Below are positions 11,021 to 23,965 of a stretch of 64,000 nucleotides of DNA, piece by piece (the stretch's first letter is position 1; each line of letters opens with the position of its first letter). The notes beneath the pieces are model-generated. The model searched no databases. It saw only the letters and a list, made by a program, of their open reading frames with translations, and was not told where the DNA came from. The position numbers were made by a program, and so were the translations under genes. Source of the stretch: Tubiluchus corallicola (lineage: Eukaryota; Animalia; Priapulida); contig JAQGDQ010000443.1 in the NCBI GenBank assembly GCA_030141605.1, positions 62,001 through 126,000 of the forward strand. Reading direction: 5' to 3'.

Positions 11021-13929
11021 TCTGCCCCACTCTCTTCTAATGAAATACTTTTCAAATAATAGTACTTTTCAAAAAATCTGGATAATAATGTATTAAAAGA
11101 GAGGCTTGCACTTGTTTTGTTCATGAACCAGAGAAGCAAAAATAAATATGTACCAGCGTGGAAAAAATCTGGATAATTTAGGAAAGAAAAATAGATAAAC
11201 CCGAATTATCAGTGTTTGTTATCACTGTGAACTGAAGATTTACGTCGCTTTTAAAACTCGACAAGGTTTTTAGTCGCGGAGAAAATCTGATTTCTTATAT
11301 TTGAAGAGCATTGCAATTAGGGGTGCTAAAGTCAGATCAGAGATTAAGTGACAGAACCAGCTGACCGGGAGTGTTTCTAACCTTTATAATAAATGTAATC
11401 CAGCAATGAAAGGGCAGCAATCAGCAGAGAGAACGTCTGAATTTTACTACCATAACACTTTTGCTTCCTTTGGCCAAGCAACATTTTTTTTACCATGACT
11501 TTGCTCATTTCAAAAGGTTATTCTTTATCAGGAAGTCTGTGAAAATATTACGTCTACCTTGGTTGTTTATTAGCTTGATAGTAAAATAACAGGTTAAACA
11601 TTAACTTAACGAAATGACTGTCACACGTTTGTGTATAGAATTGACATTGCTACTATATTCAAATGAACGAGAGTTTGGTTTGAAACTTAGGTAAATAGGA
11701 CTTATACTTACAGTTAACCAACAAAAATAATCTCCAATACAAAAATACCTGTATTGTTATATTTGTACATATAATAATTGTCCAAAGACTGTTTTATTTA
11801 TCAAAAAACACTACATGTCAAACTTATCTCAACGAAGTTTAATGCAGGGTAGCTGCAGTGGCCGTTTACGTGGCTAATGGCACAATTATGGCTTTTTTAC
11901 TTGTTGTTTTCAACTTGATTCTGATGGTTAAGTTTCAAATCTAAACGTCGCTAATTTGAAGAAAGTAAGTATAATCTAGCAATAATGAGTAAATTTAATA
12001 AGTTTATTACTTTATCACTATTTTTATAATAGCAAAATACATAACTAAGTGATTTATAATTTTGTGTAACATACGATAATATTACAAGGTGCAAAAGTGA
12101 TTATTGATTAGCGGTAAAAGGGTGGCGAAAGAACTATAAGTAATTAAAAATTATCAGATTTTGCATTTAAGACAATTGCTGATTGAATTATGATACAACC
12201 GTGTTAGTTTCTAATAGAATAATGTTCAATCACTGGAAAGAAAAGAAAAGACAAACGTGACTGTCTTTATATATTAAGTTAAACTTTATGTATTTAAAAT
12301 TATTATTACGATTAGGACCTAAAATAAAGAAGGAAAGAAAAAAATAAATTTTTCGCTTGTAGTTAGCGAAAGTGGGTCAACATGTATGTTGAGTCATGAA
12401 AAAAAGAGTTGAAAGCAAATATATCTTGAAATTCTTGATTACAAAAATATTAAAGATATGCAAAAGGTGTACCTTACTTTATAACCCACACTTGAGCTGT
12501 AATGCCTACTGAAGGATTTGCGCAGCATGACACACACTGCTGACACAATACAAATAATCTGTATTATGTTAATTAAAGCCTTGTAATAACCGGTTTCAGT
12601 GAGAATTGCGTGTTAGTATATAATTTACCGAGTATTTAAAAAAGTGAAATGCAACATCAACTGCAGTAGCATCAGTTAACATTATTAGTGAATTTAATTG
12701 ACACTTAATAGAAAAACTTAATAGAAACAATAGAGAGTTTATATTTAGATTAGCTTTATAACAATACCAGCCTTCATGATGTAACAATCTGAGTTTTTTG
12801 ATGACTTCCAACGTACATTAAAGATAAAATAAGTAATAAATGTCCTTCACGTTATAAAAATACTTGCTGTTTCTTTTACAGCACATTAATACGAATCGTC
12901 AAATTTTCAGGACATATCATTTTGCTAAGCAAATTTAAGCTTTCAAACAAATTATAGTTATAATTAAAATGGCTATTAATAAGCTGTGAATTAATATAGT
13001 GGAACACAGCTAGAAATTTTCTGAAGATTTTTTCAATTATTACTTCCCCCATCAAATTTGTTAAAGAATACAGAAGCTCGTCAAATTAACTCAATTTTAG
13101 CAAGTATTTTTTTGAGAAATAATAGAAATCAAATCGGATGTGTTTCAAAACTCCCACACGTTGCGCACGAACACCGTAATGTGACCATTACGAAATGTGT
13201 TCGAGCAAGGAAGGTCACGCAGGCACACTGAGTGTCAATTTACGCAAAAATTTCACTCATATAACTCGTGAAATATTAGCACTTGCGAAGCAAGAACAAG
13301 GAAAAATTTATTACACCGCTCAATAGCACATAAATTTATGCCATATTTCACGTGATGACAATATATAAGCCATTGCTAGATTAATCAATTTTTCGTTATA
13401 GTATTTTAGAATTTTTGCCCTTTTATTTTTGCCTACAATTTATTATTGAAAGCATCTCGCATGACTTTGGACTGCAGAAAACTGACCTGCGCAGCAGATT
13501 TTGTTTAGTGGTTGTGCGCGTGCAAATTTGTCGTAGTATGATACTTGGTAGCTTATGGGCACTCATAACTTCAAGAAAATTTCTGATAATTAATAAAGTT
13601 ATGGTCCTCAGGACGAAAGAAACGTAATCATAATTTTATTTTATTTGTACTTGCAAAAACAGGACGGCTAGCCGTGCTTATTTTAAAATGGCTAGTTTAC
13701 AGCGAGTTCCTGTTCTAAATACTCTGAAATAAGTAACTACGCGCGATAAAAGTATGTCAATAAATACATCGTTGATAACTTTGATAAAATATTCATTAAT
13801 TAGCCTGACTAATTACACTAGATTTTATTAATTTGTTCATATAATATACACAAGTTCTCTATATGTTCGCAATTTTTAGCAATCACTGAAAATTAAATGA
13901 GAAAGCTGTTTGTGAGAAAGGGGTTAGAA

Positions 13930-14000
13930 TCAAGTAGTCTAATTGATGGAACGCCTACTTGTAAGCTGACGGCCTAGGTTCAACTCCGAGAAACGAGTTT
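13930..14000 (+). mobile_element. tRNA-like head relic similar to that of the tRNA-TIR family
   Basis: ACGCCTACTTGTAAGCTGACGGCCTAGGTTCAACTCC resembles GGCGTCTACAATGTAAGCAGAAGGTCCTGGTTCAAATCC at 51362. Confidence 0.5.
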
Positions 14001-14474
14001 CTTATTTATTTCTTTTGATGGCAACCGCAATCGTAGCAGAAATTATTACAGTGGCTAATTACAGTAGCCACTTATTGGTTCTGAATATTCAACAATTTCG
14101 TCCTGCAAAACGTGGCTTATAGCCAACAGACAAACATGAAGACTATTCACAGCTCAAAAGCACATCCGCCTATATCGGGCATATGGATCTATAAAGCAAT
14201 ATAAATCTTAGCATCTCAGAAACGTAAACATTAAATACATTTAGCCTGTCGCAAAAACTGGAACACTTGTGAAAATGGCCGGTTTTTCAGTAGATTTTTT
14301 CTATGTTTTTACAACACGCGTTGAGAAACATTCCCAAAATTAACATCAGAAAAATCAGAGTTCATTTGAGATGTGATAAAAGTTCGCGGTGTAGAATGTG
14401 TAAGTTAACCATTCGCGAAGCAACCAGAAAAAACCATCATGATAACCTAGTCCTTTTTTCAGAAAAATGGAACC

Positions 14475-15686
14475 CTAGAGGCGTTTTTAAGTGGGCAACA
14501 TAGCTAGAGTTATCAACTTGACTATGCTAAATCCGAAAAATGCTATTGCCAGCTCGAAAATCTAGCGAAAAGGGGTAAAAAATGCAAAAAAACAAAATGA
14601 CCGCCTTGAAAAACTACATTTACACACCAAAATCATCATGTTATCTGATCTAACAACTATGATGTCACCTTTATCTGATGCTAGCGATAGAAATCTTGTT
14701 GGCCATTTTGAAAGTGGCGACTAGCTGCCGCAGCCATCTTGGTCACCTTGAAATTGACCTGGATCCCAAAATGTTAGTCTATGGTAGAATGGTAGAGAAG
14801 AACTTGTTCACTTCGTCTAAAAGTTACAATACTTTGCACAAAGTTAAAACCCGTCAAAGTGATTAATTTTGGATATGAGGCCAAATGAAAATCACCCAAT
14901 ATTGCGGCCATTTCAAAATGGCCTAGATTGCTAGGTTTTAAAGCTGTATCTTAGCTCCTATATAGTAGATAGGTATTTTAAAAGTTAGTTGTGGGTTACT
15001 TGACCCTTAAAAACTATATTTAGACACCAAAATCATTATCTTATCTATTCTAATAGTTTAGATACAATCGTTATATGTTAGCGAGCCATCTTATAGGTCA
15101 TCCTGAAAATAGCGCCCATATTGGAAAATTTTTGATTGATTCAATATCCAAAATTGATCACCTTGAGGGGTTCTAGCATTGTGCTAAATTTGATAACTTT
15201 TAAACGAAATGAGCAATTTTTTACGATTCTGCTGGACTATACGCCGGGGACCTGGCGGCCATTTTCCTTTTTTGTAATTGTTACTTCTTTTTATTAGTTA
15301 TTAGTCTAGCAGTATTTAGATTCAAGAAAGCCGAATTAATAATAATGACTTGCTTTTGGTTTTATAATAAATCTTTAGGTGAAACAGGTAATATAATTGA
15401 TTGGCATAATTTCTTTTTGTGTGGTGGCCATTTTGAAAAATGCGACCATTTTTGTAACAAAAGTAACAGAAACGGATTGCAAAAGCCCTGGAATAGATGT
15501 CGCCATCGCTTCATTTTTCTGGGAATTTGTTTTGATTTACATTGTGTGCGCAAAAGCTTTGCTGCCGTTTTGTTTTTTACCATTTTCCGTTAACTTTTCG
15601 AGCTGGCAACAATTTTTTTCGGATTCTGCACAGCCAAATTAGTAAGACTGGCTATGCTGCCCACTTTTATAATAAGACGCCCCTAG
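14475..15686. mobile_element. ~1.2-kb non-autonomous DNA transposon with TIRs
   Basis: Left CTAGAGGCGTTTTTAAGTGGGCAACATAGCTAG versus right reverse complement CTAGGGGCGTCTTATTATAAAAGTGGGCAGCATAGCCAG; CTAG at both ends; internal direct repeat AAAACTAYATTTASACACCAAAATCAT at ~14610 and ~15010; repeated GGCCATTTT. Confidence 0.8.
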
Positions 15687-15952
15687 AAGCATTAATAAAA
15701 CTATAATAAAACTTTATAGAAGCATTTTATCAGGATTTGGGCCTACACTATCATTGAGAATGTCAAACAGGATCTCCACTGGCAAAATTGCTGCCCTACT
15801 GCAATAACTGGTACATATTGCAAAAAAATTGTACTTATTTGTGAAGATGGGTCCAACATAATCATAGCGGTTCTAGGCCAGTTGGATGTCAGACGAGTGT
15901 CATTGAACAACAAAGACAACGACAACAACAAGAGACATAAGAGACATGTGAG

Positions 15953-16102
15953 AGATATGTTTCAATCCACCACTAGGAATTATCTTCACATAAGAGACAT
16001 GATGTTTCAATTCACCATGCGAAAAAGAAAAGGCAGAAGCGATCCTTAAATTCACCTGAAGATAGTCGTGTCGTAGGTGAAACGTCGAGTCTTTTCTTTT
16101 TC
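15953..16102. ncRNA. Pair of oppositely oriented degenerate hammerhead motifs (Penelope-like pLTR relic)
   Basis: Plus strand CTGAAGA (16056)...GAAACGTC (16079); minus strand GTGAAGA-TAATTCC..GGATT-GAAACATATC (15953-15989). Confidence 0.45.
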
Positions 16103-16804
16103 TTCTTACTGAGACATATCTTTTATTAAATTTTGTCCTGATATCAATATGTGTTAGCTTTTAGGTAAGTTTCGTGTCGAGGCAGACCTATTTTTTGTCA
16201 TCAGTCTCATCACAATCGCGTATATCTGGATACTCCCCAGAGTCCGTTTTCTGTGAACTCAAATGGAACTTTGGTTTGATTCAAAAGGAATATCATGCTA
16301 TGCGTTTCCATGAAGGTTGCTGCACCACCATTGTGCATTCTCTTTGATGTTGTTGCTGGTTTTATTTTTCATTATTATGATTTATTTGTTTCTTCCTGCC
16401 TTGTGCCATTTTATGCAGAAGGACTTACAACAACAAGCAGTTACATGTAAAGATTGAATATTGATAAATTAGCACAATTCTGGTTTTCTGAGTTTTTTAG
16501 ATTTTGCAATTTTATCATAAAGTAAACGAGTTATTTATAAAAGACTAGATAACCAACAACAAACCATTCAAATTTAAACATTTACAGAGTCCGTCAGTTT
16601 GCCAGAGAGTAAAGAGTCTTCCTTGATCTGTTACTCTTTCTGTCCCCTGCTATTAGTTAGCTTTGTACTCACAGAACTTGTATCAACTGAGGCATAGACA
16701 CCATATGTATGGTGGTAGTGACGGTGGCGTTGGTCGTGGTCTGGGAGGTGGTAGAACTGATGCTGAATACGATCGCAGTGTCAAGGTTAGCGGTGAATAG
16801 CAGT

Positions 16805-16907
16805 AATGATGATGATGATCAAGGTGGTGATGGCGGTGGTGACGATAATGATGATGGTGGTGATAACTATCATAACGATGATGATGATGACGACGACGAC
16901 GACGACG
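16805..16907. repeat. (GAT/GGT/GAC)n microsatellite
   Basis: Seen directly. Confidence 0.9.
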
Positions 16908-17359
16908 AAAATTCCAAAGTGTTGTACTTGACTTTAGTCGGATTAGCTTACTCGAATCTGCAAGCTAGCAATTTCTAGTATTGCTTTTAAAACCCACACA
17001 TCTACTAAATTATATCTATTGCCAAATATCACTTATGAAAATAAACGAATACTTACTGATAGCGCGATAATTAAATTATTGAGAGCAAAGCGTTTTGCGA
17101 AAGTAAATCTCAACAGAATTTGACGAATAATTTCCATATTTTCTACTTTCTCAAACTGAACCTCATGAGCATAAAATTATCACGATTGATAATAATGCTT
17201 AGATTCACGCATAATTACGTCTTAGACTAGAGGCTCGCAATGATATTTTCAATTCTTTGAATTTATGTCTGTTGAAGTGTAGCTTAAAATTTTTGTGAAT
17301 TTTAAGTTTGGCGTTGTAAGCAAAGTTGAACTTAACTTTTGTCGTGAAGTTCACGATTC

Positions 17360-17434
17360 TATTAATTTGTTATTTTGTTAATTAGCTTATTAATTTGTTA
17401 TTATTGTTAATTAGCTTATTAATTCGTTGTTATT
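17360..17434. repeat. ~28-bp AT-rich tandem repeat, ~3 units
   Basis: TTATTAATTTGTTATT(A)TTGTTAATTAGC repeated. Confidence 0.8.
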
Positions 17435-18356
17435 TTTAGATTGGTTTGTCAATCATTGCGTTCCTTTATTGCTATATTTAAATTTAATCTCATGGAAAGA
17501 ACCCACAATTTAGTTACCTACGATTGCCTGAAGGAAACGCCAGCACTGGAGATATAAAATGTGAATAAATTTACCTGGTTCAGTTGGCTTTCAGAACTGC
17601 CATAGGCAATACTGCCGAATTTGTTTTGCTCTACTGTTTTCTGAAATTTTATGTTGGGAACAAAATATATGCTGTGACCAATCTACTTGTTATCCTGCTT
17701 GGTTCATGCATTTTCTATCTTTCTAAAAACAATCTACATTACACAAGCCTTTAGATTCTTCATAATTTTCAACTAAAAGAGAAAAACAAACGACGATTTT
17801 CTACTTATTGTAAGTGAACAGCTCCACTGTGAATGCGCACATTAAGACTGTTTCCTATTCACAGTAAAGTTTGATCTTGTTGTAATGGTTTATTCAAACC
17901 ATATTCACATTAAATAACTTCCTTAAAACTTCTTTGGACTGAAATTGTTTATTATATCCATTCTGCATTCAAACTAAAGTGGTCTGTACAAATGACTTCA
18001 TGCCCTGCGATGGTTTATTCAAGTTTAAGAAATATTTATTCAAACACGTTCAAATAATGGTTGCGTTGATACATATCAAAGTAAAAGATGTTTTTTACTT
18101 TATAACTATTGTAATAAACTAACTACACCGTTTTTATACAGAATTGTGCCTACAAATATTTATTTTTGATACGTTTTAATAAAAACGGTTAAATTGTTGT
18201 TTTGAACAGATTTTTATTAGGCGACTATCAAAGTCTAATAAAAATAATAACAACATCAACGACGCAATGAGCATAGATGTAAAATTTTGAATTCTTTTGT
18301 GCGCTGGCTACTCTAGCAGTCACCTTCAATAGATTAAAACCAACAAACAAATTAAT

Positions 18357-18391
18357 CTAAAGAGGATATCTGCTAAGACAGCTGAAACGTC
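18357..18391 (+). ncRNA. Degenerate minimal hammerhead relic (Penelope-like)
   Basis: CTAAAGA (vs CTGAAGA)-GGAT-ATCTG-CTAAGA-CAGCT-GAAACGTC. Confidence 0.4.
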
Positions 18392-18827
18392 CAAAAGAAA
18401 TTTCATAGCTATGTTTATTACGTCCTTGACGTTATTATTTCTTATCATATTATGATTTTCTTTAACGAAAACGTTAGCGGTTACACGCAACTAGTTTAAA
18501 ATTGTCTGGCGAATCTACAGTGGTGTTAAAAGTATTTCATAAAATCCCAGGTAACTTTATTACTTCAACAGTCCATTGTTTGTTTCATTTTATGAGATTC
18601 GAGTTGCTCAGCTCTGTGTCAGTTATGACAAGAAGAAGACCCCAGTGAACAAATCATTGTTTGCCGAAAGCATAGGAGAATTAATTAAATAAAATGTAAC
18701 ACCTGCGTGGAAAGAAACTATATGATGAACTGAAGATAAATCATCAGTTCTAGCAGCCTTCACCAGGTACAACGTTGAGAAAGGTAATTACAGAAATTTT
18801 GAAACAAGAAGGTTATTTTCGGGTCCT

Positions 18828-18985
18828 GGGTTGAGTGGCCGAGTGGCCTAGATTTCGGATTGCAACCAGGCAATCCTGAGTTCGAGTCTAGCGACTATAC
18901 CAACCTTCGAGTTTAAAAAGGTTCTGGATAAATTTTACACCATATCAGCACCTATTCCACTGGCACAGAGAACGTAAAAAGAGCA
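18828..18985 (+). mobile_element. tRNA-derived SINE fragment with Meta-like central domain
   Basis: A box TGGCCGAGTGG (18836), B box GTTCGAGTC (~18880), then GACTATACCAA...TTTAAAAAGGT resembling 58705-58733. Confidence 0.65.
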
Positions 18986-19879
18986 ACTTGATAAGTTCAT
19001 AATTAAATTTTGCAGTTTGCGCGTTTATCTGACGATTTTATGTATAACTTCGTTGAGCAAGAGACTCAGCACCATTCGGTTTCACTACAGTATTAATAAT
19101 AATATGATGATGATGATGACGGCAACATCAGCTACAACAGTAATAATGATAAGGCCACTGATATGTTTACTAAATGGCACACCGAAAAGTAGGCCTAAAT
19201 CGCTTGTAATGTGTAGTTAACAAAGGTGTTGAAGAATCTGTTGTTCTAGATTTATTGGAAAATTCCCTGTTCGTCGGAAACACAACAGTTAAATCTTCTC
19301 ATTAACTGCATAGCAAGTCATTGCAAGTCACGTGGGAATAGGCCCTCATATTAGATAGTGCATTCCATCATTCGCCTTGCACACATTGATACTAGCCCTC
19401 GATCTATAATTCGGATATCATTACACAGTTGACTTCTCCAATCGTCATCCCTCGATCTATATTACCCTAGGAAAGAAGTAATCGGTAATTCTGAACGACA
19501 AACGATATCGAAAATGAAGAAACGTGTTGATTTACGAGATATAGAAGAACTTTAAAAGAGAACTCAAGTAAAAGTAGGGTATGAGGAAGCCCTGGGCAGC
19601 CATGTTGGCGGGTGCAATAAATCTTTACTAAGTGAAACTTTCGTTTGCGCTGAAGTTTGTCTTCATTAGATTTAATAGATCGCTGAATTAAGGTATCAAT
19701 CAGAAGTATATTGGCTCGCAAGCGAAAGGTTTTTCAGAGTTGTCATAAATTACAAGTCAGTCGTCGCAATTTCTGAACTCCTGTTGAACGTTGTCGTAAT
19801 TTCTCAGTGGAGTTCAGTTCTATTACTGGTGACACAACAAATGAACAAGAAAATCATTAAAAACCCGACACTTAATTAG

Positions 19880-20700
19880 ATGTGTTGAATTCATGCCTTA
19901 CTATGATTGTGTTACTTACAAACAATATGGCGTTTGATACTCCAATCGAGATATTTAGATATTTATTAGTGTTAAAAATACATACATTACAAAAAAAACA
20001 AGACATACATTCAATTTCAATTTTGAAAAATAAAAGAAAAAACAAGACATACATACAATTTCAATTTTGAAATATAATGACAGTATATACAAACAAAACA
20101 ATTACTAATAAAACAGATATCGTTAAATGTCCAATTGAGAAATTTAACTCCTTAGATTTGTACTGCTACATCACAAAATTAGCTGTGTACATATAAGTAG
20201 GTACGTGAACCTCCGTTTCAGGTATAAAAGCCACAATTTAAAATTACACATATATAATAAAGTAATTAAATTATTTACAATAAAAAGACGTCGAAAATGA
20301 GACCACTCAAACTATCCTACTATATAGGAGGAAAATAAAAAAATTATTTCAGTGGCGTAGTCCATACTAAATAAAAGTATTTATTTATTCATTTTTCTAA
20401 AGTTCGTGAAGAAATGCTGTTTTTTATTGAATTATCTACGTTGTTCCACAGCAAAATTATTAATTGTGATAGTATGTAGTAAATTCTCTGATATGATACA
20501 TCTGTCCGCTACAAGAGGAATTCCATTGTTACAGGTTTTCGATTTTATCGCAGAGGCCTTATTGGGCCATTTTTTGCTAGAAATACATCAAAGTTTTCCA
20601 TCACCATGGAACTACGATAATTTTGGTTATATCATAGATAACATAGATAGTTTGAGGCAGATAATTCTGTAAAAATATTACTTTTTCACAAAACTTAAAG
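19880..20700 (-). mobile_element. Degraded 3' end of an L2/CR1-group LINE
   Basis: Minus-strand LLWNNVDNSIKNSISSRTLEK*INKY matches the LWN.L...IK.S.S...FK C-terminal motif, followed by a T-rich UTR. Confidence 0.5.
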
Positions 20701-21681
20701 AGTGAATAAACACTAATTTTAAAATTTATTTAGCAGTATATCTAAGAAGACTGCGCTATTTCTTCCTTCAGATAAAATCTACACTCAGCTGATAATGGCT
20801 AAAACAGATTCGTTTCATAACTTAAACTTACTATCATATCTATCACGTCAATGAATACCATGCACGCCAGTTGTGCAAACACAGTTGATTTTGTTAATAT
20901 AAAATGGCACAGATTTGGCGGAAGTTCATCAAAACTAACATTTTTATAAGCAAAAATACAATAAACTTTCTGACTTCTTTCTGGCTAGCATCCACAAAAC
21001 TTCTGGGCCTGTTCCTAGTTTATTTCTGAGATTACTTGTGTGGTTTTTAACGTTTAAAGCTGAAATTCAGAATAACATAATTATAGGGATAGTACTATTA
21101 TCATATTAGACCAGTTTTGATCGAGCATTGCTGGAAATGTGTTAGTGCATTAGGGGGCAGATAATCGTATCTGCAATTGTGCTAAAGCAGAGCTGAATCC
21201 CTCGCCGATTAACTTTTTGATGTTTAACATTAGTGTTACAAGACAAAAAATACATTGGGGGTGCTCATGGCGTGCATTGTATTCATTGACTTGACAGATG
21301 ATGTGATAGTAGGTTCAAAGTTTGGAATCGATTCTGTTTTAGCCATTATTGGCTGAATCATTTTAAAATTTTAAAATTAACACTAAACTAGGAAATTTTT
21401 TTTGAATGACAATAGTTTCAAAATAAGTAATTTTTGAATGTTTAGTATTATTTTCTTGTTGTGTTCTCACATTCTAAGATGTACTAGCCTACTTGCAATA
21501 ACAAAGCTTTATCTACAATAAAATAAGACGGGACATTTGATGTACTGACTTGATCGTCGTTTGTTTCAACCCATTTCCTCTAAACTGAAATATATTCTTG
21601 ATGTTAGTGACATTTGTAGTACCTTTAATGGAAACCATTGGCAAAATGACGTATGGTGATGGTGATGGGGAAATCGAATTC

Positions 21682-21869
21682 TTAAAATAAAAATAACAGC
21701 TAGGCCCAGCACCCACCAGACCCACTTAAGCAAAGACACGTCTTTTATTAACAAACTACATCTGCAATGCCTTGACACGTCGTTTATTGTCGCAAAGTTG
21801 CTGGTGTTTGTGTTTGAATAAAAGCCGTGTCTTTCTTTAACTGGGTGCTGGCTGTTTTTTTTATTTTAA
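21682..21869. mobile_element. ~190-bp palindromic MITE
   Basis: Arms TTAAAATAAAAA..ACAGC..CCAGCACCCA..TTAAGCAAAGACACGTCTTTTATT and their reverse complement pair over almost the whole length. Confidence 0.85.
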
Positions 21870-23965
21870 AGATACTTATAGACTGTAGTATTAAAAGCAT
21901 TTATTTTACGTACGTTGTCAGCTTAAACGGCTACGGCAAAATGTCGTAATTTTAGAATACGTTTATGCAAAAGAAACACAATCAGAGAAAAACATTACCT
22001 TAACCAATTTAATGCAGTCGAATTACCGATTAGAGCCAACAGCTGACATTACACTCGTTAATTTGAGAAAGTACTGATAATCTTTGTGAGTGAACTCAAA
22101 TTTTAGAGCATTTTCCAAGTTTGTTATTGTCTTTTAATGCGCTCATTTTTCTTGTGCATACAAGTGAATGAAAATGCGCGAACATTCCACGTAGTGTCTC
22201 TCACTCTGTAAACCGCAGCGCCGCAACGAAACGCGTGCGTCATTATGGTGACAAGCAAGCGTCTGTTTATGCTGGCAATTAGTTGAAAATTAACGATATT
22301 TCTCACTCCTTTGCGCAATTAGCGCTACGCTGAGAGTCGCTGTTTATTTGAGACTCGCTGAGTTAAAATATTCTTCCATTAACAGAATTAGCTCGTCTTT
22401 GATTCAGTGAGTATGGATTTTCTCAATAGACATTTCTGACACATTAGGCAGAGTGTGAAACTACTGTAAGAAGCAAAATTGATGTGATGAGGAACTCCAA
22501 CGCGACTTAGAAACACAGTTGGCTTATATTAATTGCCCATTAAAAGTTTGATACAGCTACGTTAATCTGACTACTACAGATGTAAAGTGAAAGAAGTAAT
22601 TTATTATTTTTGGTATTTGTACTAGTATAATACGGCTACAATAACACGGGATGCCTATTTTACATTTATTTATGCATGTATTTCTATTACTTGTGTATCC
22701 GTGTACTTCCATTATCAGATTAGACCAAGTTAATAACCATGTCTGCATGGTTCTACGTGGGCTTTATTAATCATATGGGAGGCTTCCCGCTTATAGTAAT
22801 ATGCGATTACGTAAAATTATTTGTAGTGGTAACATGCTTCCTTGCATTGTGCGCGTACAACCTTTTAACGTTAATACCCTAGCTTCTGGTAAACGAATTA
22901 TTATGGTGAAACACTATACTTTTGATTTAGGGCAATTCTACGTTCGTACACGTAAACAGTTCTTGGCTTAAATTTTTGAAACATAGCTGTTTGGTGCTTT
23001 CTGCAAGATTCGGTTGTTCTGTCTCCCATTTTCACCATTTTTGAATTGTGCTTTTTAAACGCTCATTGGTAGTTCTATTAAAACACTGGGGTTGCATCGC
23101 AGAACACTCTTTGCATAACATGGCCATGCGTGATCAGCTAGCGACAGCTCATAAAAATCAGATGTTGTTAACATCAGTGTTTTAAATGTTTATGTTACTA
23201 AATTTCACGAATATCACAATCTTTTATATAAAATTTTGCATTAAAACTTTTCGAAACACATTGAAACTGCGGGACTGGAACATGTGATTAGCTACGGCCC
23301 AACATAGTGGCACGAGTAGTCTAATGGTATAAATGCTGCCTATCTATTTCGTAACAGCTATCTATCTGACTACATCTAGTAATCCAGTTATGGACTAATT
23401 TCGTCTTGGGGATATTGTCCGCTCACAATACAACCTGCATTATAGTTGTAATTTAGTTTAATACAAATAGGTCCAGTTTCATTTCACAAAAACTGTACTC
23501 TTTCTCGGAATACTTAACTTAACCCTAAACATTGCTAACATTGAGTAATGAGTTTAAGATTTAACACTTAGAGTGCCTAAAACAAATCCAGTTTTTTAAA
23601 ATGAAGAATTTTTGGGCTTTGGCCAGCAGTTTTTTATATTGTGGAAACTGCAAAGTCAATTATTACTTTGTATTTCGATGACGACACGATAAATTCATTA
23701 GTTTTAAATTTAAGCATCTGATGACTTTTCCCTTTATTTATCGTATTTTAACTGAAAGTACAAATATCAAACAATCACACGCTCATTCCAATTGCTGAGC
23801 AGGTCTGTTGTTGCCAAACTTAAATCTTGTAGTTCAGGCTGTTAAAAACTCATCCCTTAAGACTGTGTCTAACAACCTTTAATTGTAATTAACTAATGCA
23901 AAACTAGAACGCGAAGACGCAGAAGTGTCGATGACGTGATTTCCGTATTATGTGCTTTGATGTGC

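Noticed and set aside
16163-16170. Recursive-splicing AG|GTAAG sites (16163, 25500, 32604, 54985)
   Set aside because: About four per strand are expected by chance in 64 kb at this composition (rough estimate), so there is no enrichment.
18828-18895. Functional tRNA genes here and at the other A/B-box sites
   Set aside because: I found no complete cloverleaf or acceptor stem; they are embedded in repeat bodies.
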